The notes under the pieces are model-generated. The model was not told the DNA's origin, did not search any database, and saw only the letters and a list, made by a program, of their open reading frames with translations. Below, piece after piece: positions 6,966 to 11,733 of a DNA stretch of 11,733 bases. The first letter of the stretch is position 1. The number at the start of each line of letters is the position of its first letter. Source of the DNA: a virus (taxonomy: Duplodnaviria > Heunggongvirae > Uroviricota > Caudoviricetes); IMG/VR virus record IMGVR_UViG_2671180643_000016, positions 1 to 11,733 of that record. One strand, written 5' to 3'. A program made the translations under genes and the position numbers.

Positions 6966-7781
6966 ATGAGCAGACATGCAACAGATTGGGCTTGGGAGAC
7001 AGATCCAGGCAGCTCATCATTAAAGCTCATACTGCTCTCGATGGCTGACAGAGCCGATGAATATAACCTCTGCTACCCCAGCATAGAACGCCTCGTTAAA
7101 GACACTTGCCTGAATAAAAAAACCGTGCAGGCCGGGCTTATATCGCTCATGAAAATGGGGCTTATTTCAGATACCGGAGAGAGAAAGGGAGCGACAAAAA
7201 GAGTGCGGGTTTTCTCTCTTAATATAACCAAAAACGGGAACATTAAAGGCAACCTAGATGGGTGTAATGAACCCGAAAACGGTAATGTTCCCGAAAACGG
7301 GAATATACCCAAAAACGGGATGTTGAATGATCCCAAAAACGGGATGTTGAATGATCCCAAAAACGGGATCCAGAACCAGTCATATAACCAGTCATTTAAC
7401 CAAGAGAGGGAGAGCAGGACAAAAACCGGGGATTCTGTGCCTCATGACCCCGGCGCAAACAACGCCGTGATGAATAACTTTGTTCCTCCTGGTGGGCCAG
7501 GGCAATTAGGCAAATTTGTCATGCATGAACAATGGCAGCCATCAGATGACTTTCTTCGGAAAAGCTCATTGCAGGGGATCTACCTGGACAGTCTGCCAAC
7601 GGCACAGGAACTTGCAGAGTTCAGAATTTACTGGATGGCTGAGGGTAAGGCATACCATCAGGCACAGTGGGAGCAGAAGCTGGCAAGGCGGCTGCAGATT
7701 AGCAGACAGAAGCAATCAACATTACCTGATAACAACGTTCCGCACTGGAACAGCCCTGAAGCATGGGAGGATTTCTTGTGA
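6966..7781 (+). CDS. Replication initiation protein (lambda O functional analogue; N-terminal winged-helix-like, C-terminal DnaT-like)
   Basis: 271-aa ORF. N-terminal HTH-like region (LKLILLSMADRADEYNLCYPSIERLVKDTCLNKKTVQAGLISLMKMGLI), repetitive linker encoded by the iterons, C-terminal FRIYWMAEGKAYHQAQWEQKLARRL. Immediately upstream of the P-like gene with overlapping stop/start. Confidence 0.75.
   Translation: MSRHATDWAWETDPGSSSLKLILLSMADRADEYNLCYPSIERLVKDTCLNKKTVQAGLISLMKMGLISDTGERKGATKRVRVFSLNITKNGNIKGNLDGCNEPENGNVPENGNIPKNGMLNDPKNGMLNDPKNGIQNQSYNQSFNQERESRTKTGDSVPHDPGANNAVMNNFVPPGGPGQLGKFVMHEQWQPSDDFLRKSSLQGIYLDSLPTAQELAEFRIYWMAEGKAYHQAQWEQKLARRLQISRQKQSTLPDNNVPHWNSPEAWEDFL
7227..7369. 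repeat. Iteron array inside the replication initiator gene (putative ori)
   Basis: Direct repeats with core CC(C)(A/G)AAAACGG(G/T)A at 7227-7241, 7271-7286, 7289-7304, 7307-7321, 7331-7345, 7355-7369, spaced 18, 18, 24 and 24 bp. Includes an exact 24-bp tandem duplication GATGTTGAATGATCCCAAAAACGG (7319-7342 and 7343-7366). Confidence 0.6.
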
Positions 7782-8563
7782 ACAACGTTTTTACCGCGAT
7801 ACAAAACCGTGACGGAGAAGCCCTTTCTCGCATGTCAGGTTATGATCATCAGTACGTCAACAATGACAATGTGGTGAACATGTCAGCAGAGAGGCTTGTT
7901 GATGCCCTTTTCAAACAGCTGAAACAACTGTTTCCGGCGGCAGTGGTAACCAACCTGAAGACGCCAGAGCAGGAAGTCGCTGCAAAACAGCAGTGGATTG
8001 CTGCGTTTGCCGAAGGGGGGATCCGAACCCGTGAACAGGTTTCTGCTGGTATGCGCCACGCCCGCGCCAGTGAATCTCCGTTCTGGCCGTCGCCAGGGCA
8101 ATTTATCAAGTGGTGCAAAGACAGCAAGATGGTTCTTGGCGTCACCATTGACGATGTGATGGCGGAGTTTCACCGGTACAGCAAGGAAAAAAGTTTATAT
8201 CCTGGTGGTCCCGAAAGATTCCCGTGGCGGCATCCGGTTATGTACTGGGTCGTATGTGATACCCGCCGTGCAATGTATCAGCGCCAGCTTAGCGAGATTG
8301 AGGTTGAGAAACACGCGCGCAGGTTGCTCGATGATTGGGCGAAAAAGGTGGCTTCCGGACAGCAGATACCCGATCCGGTGATCAGCATACAGGCAAAGCC
8401 AGAACCCATGAGTACACCTCCGGACACAGGGAGAGACGTTTACCATCCACCAGGGCGAAGTTTCGGGTGCATGCCTAACGCCGCCACCCTGGGGGGAATA
8501 ACACCTGCGCAGTGGCTGATGGAGGAATACAGGCGAGGAAAGGCAGCAGGATTTATCAAGTAA
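7778..8563 (+). CDS. P: Replication protein P-like (DnaB helicase loader)
   Basis: Clear resemblance to lambda P as I recall it (QQWIAAFAEGGIRTREQVSAGMRHARASESPFWPSPGQFIKWC vs lambda RQWVLAFRENGITTMEQVNAGMRVARRQNRPFLPSPGQFVAWC). Preferred start GTG 7778 with SD GGGAGG 8 nt upstream, overlapping the upstream stop (GTGA); alternative ATG 7763 lacks an SD. Confidence 0.85.
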   Translation: MNNVFTAIQNRDGEALSRMSGYDHQYVNNDNVVNMSAERLVDALFKQLKQLFPAAVVTNLKTPEQEVAAKQQWIAAFAEGGIRTREQVSAGMRHARASESPFWPSPGQFIKWCKDSKMVLGVTIDDVMAEFHRYSKEKSLYPGGPERFPWRHPVMYWVVCDTRRAMYQRQLSEIEVEKHARRLLDDWAKKVASGQQIPDPVISIQAKPEPMSTPPDTGRDVYHPPGRSFGCMPNAATLGGITPAQWLMEEYRRGKAAGFIK

Positions 8564-8599
8564 TACCAGCGCGATAGCGCATTTTTTTACGTCTATATG

Positions 8600-8678
8600 A
8601 TTACCTTATAGGTAATAAAATATTCTAATTTCTATTGATTTTATGTCTTATGTGGTTTTTAATTACCTAAGGGGTAAA
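8600..8678 (+). promoter_or_regulatory. Operator-flanked promoter upstream of the DUF1064-like gene (same architecture as pL)
   Basis: ATTACCTTATAGGTAAT (8600-8616; perfect palindrome) and ATTACCTAAGGGGTAAA (8662-8678) flank -35 TTGATT (8635-8640), 17-bp spacer, -10 TTTAAT (8658-8663). Operator centres are 62 bp apart, as at pL. Confidence 0.55.
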
Positions 8679-8680
8679 TC

Positions 8681-9025
8681 ATGAGAAAACAGATACAGGC
8701 TCTTGGTCGACTCAAAACAGGCCAGATGAACAAAACAGAATCTGCGTATTGCCAGCACCTTGAGCTGCGTAAACGTGCAGGAGAAATCGTCTGGTATCGA
8801 TTTGAGGGTATCAAGTTGCGGTTAGCTGACAACACGTTCTATACGCCCGATTTTGCTGTGATGCTCGCCACCGGCGAGATGGAACTGCACGAAGTGAAAG
8901 GTTTCTGGACCGACGACGCCAGGGTGAAAACCAAAGTCGCCGCAGATCAGTATCCGTTCCGAATCATCGGGGTAACGGTTAAGCCAAAGAAAGCAGGTGG
9001 TGGCTGGAACATCGAAGAGTTCTGA
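8681..9025 (+). CDS. DUF1064-like phage protein, probable PD-(D/E)XK nuclease fold
   Basis: 114-aa ORF with D...E-x-K-like arrangement (TPDFAV ... ELHEVKG). SD AAGGGG upstream of ATG 8681. Family assignment is from memory. Confidence 0.6.
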   Translation: MRKQIQALGRLKTGQMNKTESAYCQHLELRKRAGEIVWYRFEGIKLRLADNTFYTPDFAVMLATGEMELHEVKGFWTDDARVKTKVAADQYPFRIIGVTVKPKKAGGGWNIEEF

Positions 9026-9086
9026 ATCGACGATCTTTTTAGTTATCAATGTAATCAATAAGTTATGTGGATAAGCGAGGGTAAAG

Positions 9087-9719
9087 ATGGAAAGTAATAT
9101 CAAAGGGTTAGTTGCCGCCGGGCATGAGATGGCTTCGGAACTGAAAGCAGAATGTGGTGCCGTTGATATGCGCAGTGTGGCAAAGCTGATCAGCGATTTG
9201 GCAACGCAACTGGAAGTGCAACTGGTGCGTGCTAATGCGCTGGCCGAAGACCACCAGAGAGCGATTGAGTCAATTAAGCAGGCTGATTCGGCTGTTAAGT
9301 TGGCACACGAGAAGTTTTCGGCGCTGGCGGCGGAGAATGCGGGGCTGAAACACGCAATGGCCGTAACTCTTGAGCATGTGTCGGTCACGGATGCAGGGCA
9401 GGCTGGTGTTGCTGCAATGATTATCAACGATGCCCTGCACCACAGCGAAACTCCAGCCACCGATGCTTTCCTGGCTGAAATTCGTGCGGAAGCACGCAAC
9501 GAGGGGATTAACTATACCGCAAGCCGTCTTGCTGCTGCTTTCAATCACGGATTTATCAATAAGTCTTTACGTGAAGTTTTCGACGTTACACGCATGATTC
9601 TGTCAGCAAAAGAAGAGTTAGCTAATGAATCGCATCCGATTGATGGCCTGTCCGGTGAATATGCAGAGAAATCCCTTGAAGAATGGGCGGAACGGCTTCG
9701 CAAAGGAGGCAGCCAGTGA
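9087..9719 (+). CDS. Hypothetical protein (210 aa), Ala/Leu/Glu-rich, predicted helical
   Basis: SD GAGGG 7 nt upstream of ATG 9087; stop TGA overlaps the GTG start of the downstream methyltransferase. No recognisable catalytic motifs. Confidence 0.55.
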   Translation: MESNIKGLVAAGHEMASELKAECGAVDMRSVAKLISDLATQLEVQLVRANALAEDHQRAIESIKQADSAVKLAHEKFSALAAENAGLKHAMAVTLEHVSVTDAGQAGVAAMIINDALHHSETPATDAFLAEIRAEARNEGINYTASRLAAAFNHGFINKSLREVFDVTRMILSAKEELANESHPIDGLSGEYAEKSLEEWAERLRKGGSQ

Positions 9720-10189
9720 CTGGACATGCAGCAATCCTCGACATGTGCTGTGGCAGTCGCATGTTCTGGTTCGATAAGAATGACGACCGGGCGATATTTA
9801 GCGATATCAGAAAGGAAGAGCACACATTGTGTGATGGACGACGCCTGATTATCAGTCCTGATCTGATAGCTGATTTTCGTGCACTACCATTTGCAGACGC
9901 ATCTTTTTCGATGGTTATATTCGACCCTCCGCATCTTGAGCGTGTTGGTGATAACGCCTGGATGGGAAAGAAATATGGACGGCTGAATAAAGATACCTGG
10001 CGTGATGATTTGCGGCAGGGATTTAAAGAAGCCTTTCGTGTGTTGCGTCCATCCGGAGTTCTGATTTTTAAATGGAATGAAACGCAAATACCTGTTCGCC
10101 AGATATTGGTACTGACCGACAGAAAACCTGTTATCGGTCAACGAACAGGAAAAAACGATAAAACCCACTGGATTATTTTTATGAAATAG
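9716..10189 (+). CDS. Small DNA amino-methyltransferase (phage Dam-like, putative N6-adenine)
   Basis: AdoMet-binding-like motif ILDMCCGSRMF followed by the catalytic-type motif FDPPH. Start GTG 9716 with SD AGGAGG 7 nt upstream, overlapping the upstream stop (GTGA). The ORF-track start at 9683 has no RBS. Confidence 0.6.
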   Translation: MTGHAAILDMCCGSRMFWFDKNDDRAIFSDIRKEEHTLCDGRRLIISPDLIADFRALPFADASFSMVIFDPPHLERVGDNAWMGKKYGRLNKDTWRDDLRQGFKEAFRVLRPSGVLIFKWNETQIPVRQILVLTDRKPVIGQRTGKNDKTHWIIFMK

Positions 10190-10335
10190 GCATCCAGTGA
10201 GTAGGTTCGTAAGGTTACAGATACGTATATCTGAATAATTAAATTCAGTTCTGTAAATAAAATTTAATCCTTAACCGGAGGGATTCCTGCACCCTCAGAA
10301 CATCAGGATACCGCCCGAAAGGGCGGTAATGAAAA

Positions 10336-10803
10336 ATGGCTGAATTAACCAAATGGCTACAAAACACGATTACCGGAATTGAAACGGTAGTAGACGATAA
10401 ATCGTTTGTATGTGATGAAATAGTATTCAAAATCGATGTGGTTAAAAACGTACTTACCGCATTTAAAGTCGCGCTGGTATCGCTGGAAGCCGAACCGGTG
10501 ACATGGCGATATCGCTACGTGAGAAAAGGCGTTACGAACTTTCAGGAGAAGCCGTGGGTTGGTGACTGGAAATATGTACCGACAAAAGAGAATTGCAACG
10601 ACAGGCCGAACTATGAAATTCAGGCGTTATTCACGGCCCAGCCTGTGCCACTGACACCCGAAGGATTGATTAAAGCGGTGCGCTTCTATGAACAGGTTAA
10701 GAGTGAAAATCCGCCAGTCGAAACCGGAGCATGGAAAGACGCTGTTGACTGGGTGCTCAAAGAGGCTTGTCAGGCTGTAAACATTGGCATCAAAGGAGAG
10801 TGA
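10336..10803 (+). CDS. Hypothetical phage protein (155 aa) sharing an N-terminal domain with the 10999 gene
   Basis: N-terminus LTKWLQNTITGIE...NVLTAFKVALVSLEA is paralogous to LTKEWLQNTITSIE...NMLTALKIALASLAA in the downstream 244-aa protein. Confidence 0.55.
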   Translation: MAELTKWLQNTITGIETVVDDKSFVCDEIVFKIDVVKNVLTAFKVALVSLEAEPVTWRYRYVRKGVTNFQEKPWVGDWKYVPTKENCNDRPNYEIQALFTAQPVPLTPEGLIKAVRFYEQVKSENPPVETGAWKDAVDWVLKEACQAVNIGIKGE

Positions 10804-10804
10804 G

Positions 10805-10996
10805 ATGAACGGACAAATATCAATTGTTCGACCGGGAGCATGTGACGATCGCGAGATACGAATGATTATTCGTCTGGCGATGGGGAAAACAATAACAGCT
10901 CTCATTACTCCTGAAAATCTCGCATTAGCATTAACAGGAAAGTCAGACTTGCCAGTAGAGCTAAAGCTGCGAAATGTTGAGATTAAGGTGAAATAG
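10805..10996 (+). CDS. Hypothetical small protein (63 aa)
   Basis: ATG 10805 with SD AGGAG 8 nt upstream; positioned 1 nt after the upstream stop and 2 nt before the next start. Confidence 0.4.
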   Translation: MNGQISIVRPGACDDREIRMIIRLAMGKTITALITPENLALALTGKSDLPVELKLRNVEIKVK

Positions 10997-10998
10997 TT

Positions 10999-11733
10999 AT
11001 GAATACTCTTACCAAAGAATGGTTACAGAACACGATTACCAGCATTGAGTCAGCACGGGATGAAATACCGTTCGGACTCGATGAAGATCAAAACAACATG
11101 CTTACCGCATTAAAAATTGCACTGGCATCACTGGCAGCAGTATCGGATGAACGAGCAGCCTATGAATTATTTATGGAGAAGCGTTTCGGGGAATCTGTAG
11201 ATCGCCGTAGGGCAAAAAATGGCGATAGAGAATACATGGCATGGGATATGGCGCTTGGCTGGATTATCTGGTGTCACCGCGCCGCCATGCTTCAGGGTAG
11301 CCAACCTGTAAGCCAAACTTACAACTTGCCAGAATTAATCGAAGGCATGGAAGTTTCCATTGATATAAGCACTTGTGATGCTGATTTAGGTAATCGCTAT
11401 TTCGGCACCGTCACCGAAGCGTTAGAACTTGATACAGCCAAGAATGGTTACATCCTCTTGGTTCAGGACGCAGAGCCAAACTTCGATGTAAATGGCAACT
11501 CTCCGGGAACTCCGGATAGTTGGATAAGCTGTAGTGATCGAATGCCTGAAAAGGGCCAGAACGTGCTTATTTCGGTGAATTTCGATAGCTCTCTGGTTGA
11601 ACCGCTAATATGCTCCGCACGCTATACCGGAAGCACCTTTCGGCGCGGAGATGCAACGATTAAGCCGGGTAATGGTATTGAGCAAGCAACTCACTGGATG
11701 CCGCTACCGGAACCGCCGCAGGAGGTGAAGTGA
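10999..11733 (+). CDS. Phage protein with paralogous N-terminal domain and DUF551-like C-terminal domain
   Basis: C-terminal DSWISCSDRMPEKGQNVLISV ... ATHWMPLPEPP resembles the DUF551 signature as I recall it; N-terminal about 45 aa paralogous to the 10336 gene. Stop TGA 11731-11733. Confidence 0.6.
   Translation: MNTLTKEWLQNTITSIESARDEIPFGLDEDQNNMLTALKIALASLAAVSDERAAYELFMEKRFGESVDRRRAKNGDREYMAWDMALGWIIWCHRAAMLQGSQPVSQTYNLPELIEGMEVSIDISTCDADLGNRYFGTVTEALELDTAKNGYILLVQDAEPNFDVNGNSPGTPDSWISCSDRMPEKGQNVLISVNFDSSLVEPLICSARYTGSTFRRGDATIKPGNGIEQATHWMPLPEPPQEVK

Larger units (their letters stand above)
1..11733. mobile_element. Lambdoid prophage early region (integration, recombination, immunity, replication and nin-like modules); both prophage ends lie outside the window
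   Basis: Gene content and order: int, xis, exo/annealase, repressor/cro-like divergent pair with operators, O-like and P-like replication genes, accessory methyltransferases. Confidence 0.85.

Noticed and set aside
7073-7360. 95-aa minus-strand ORF with repetitive peptide (GSFNIPFLG repeats)
   Set aside because: It is the reverse-strand reading of the iteron repeats inside the replication initiator gene; the repetition arises from the DNA repeats.
7227-7369. Direct repeats considered as a possible CRISPR array
   Set aside because: Repeats are 15-16 bp with 2-9 bp spacers, lie inside an intact coding frame and are imperfect. This is an iteron architecture, not CRISPR repeat-spacer.
7763-7777. 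ATG 7763 as the start of the P-like gene (ORF-track start)
   Set aside because: It lacks an RBS, whereas GTG 7778 has a GGGAGG SD at ideal spacing and a GTGA overlap with the upstream stop. ATG 7763 cannot be excluded.
8822-9499. 225-aa minus-strand ORF
   Set aside because: Antisense to two well-supported plus-strand genes (8681..9025 and 9087..9719); the translation is low-complexity (Ser/Ala/Cys-rich) with no RBS. Judged a spurious frame.
10218-10248. Possible LexA box (CTG...CAG palindromes)
   Set aside because: The LexA consensus is CTGT-N8-ACAG (CTG and CAG separated by 10 nt). Here the arms are separated by 12 nt or are in CAG...CTG order, so it does not fit an SOS box.

Overview
This window is the early region of a lambdoid (lambda-like) prophage of an enterobacterial type, read entirely from sequence and ORF translations with no database search. 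From left to right: a P4-type tyrosine integrase (+ strand) converges on a long leftward operon (- strand) that runs from a pL-like promoter through two small proteins, a RecE-type exonuclease, a Red-beta/Bet-like annealase, an AlpA-type excisionase, a small ORF, an MT-A70 adenine methyltransferase and a lambda-type Ser/Thr phosphatase. The immunity region follows: a leftward tandem-HTH repressor with no S24 autocleavage domain, a three-site operator region, and a rightward Cro-like gene with terminator. Rightward genes then encode a Cys/His-rich small protein, an O-like replication initiator with internal iterons, and a lambda P-like helicase loader. The most unusual observation is a third promoter (8600-8678) flanked by the same 17-bp operator palindromes as pL with identical geometry, in front of a DUF1064-like nuclease-fold gene, a 210-aa unknown and a small amino-methyltransferase. 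The window ends with paralogous N-domain proteins, one carrying a DUF551-like C-terminus. No tRNA, rRNA, CRISPR array or IS element was seen. Family assignments rest on recognisable motifs and recalled similarity and should be confirmed by profile searches.
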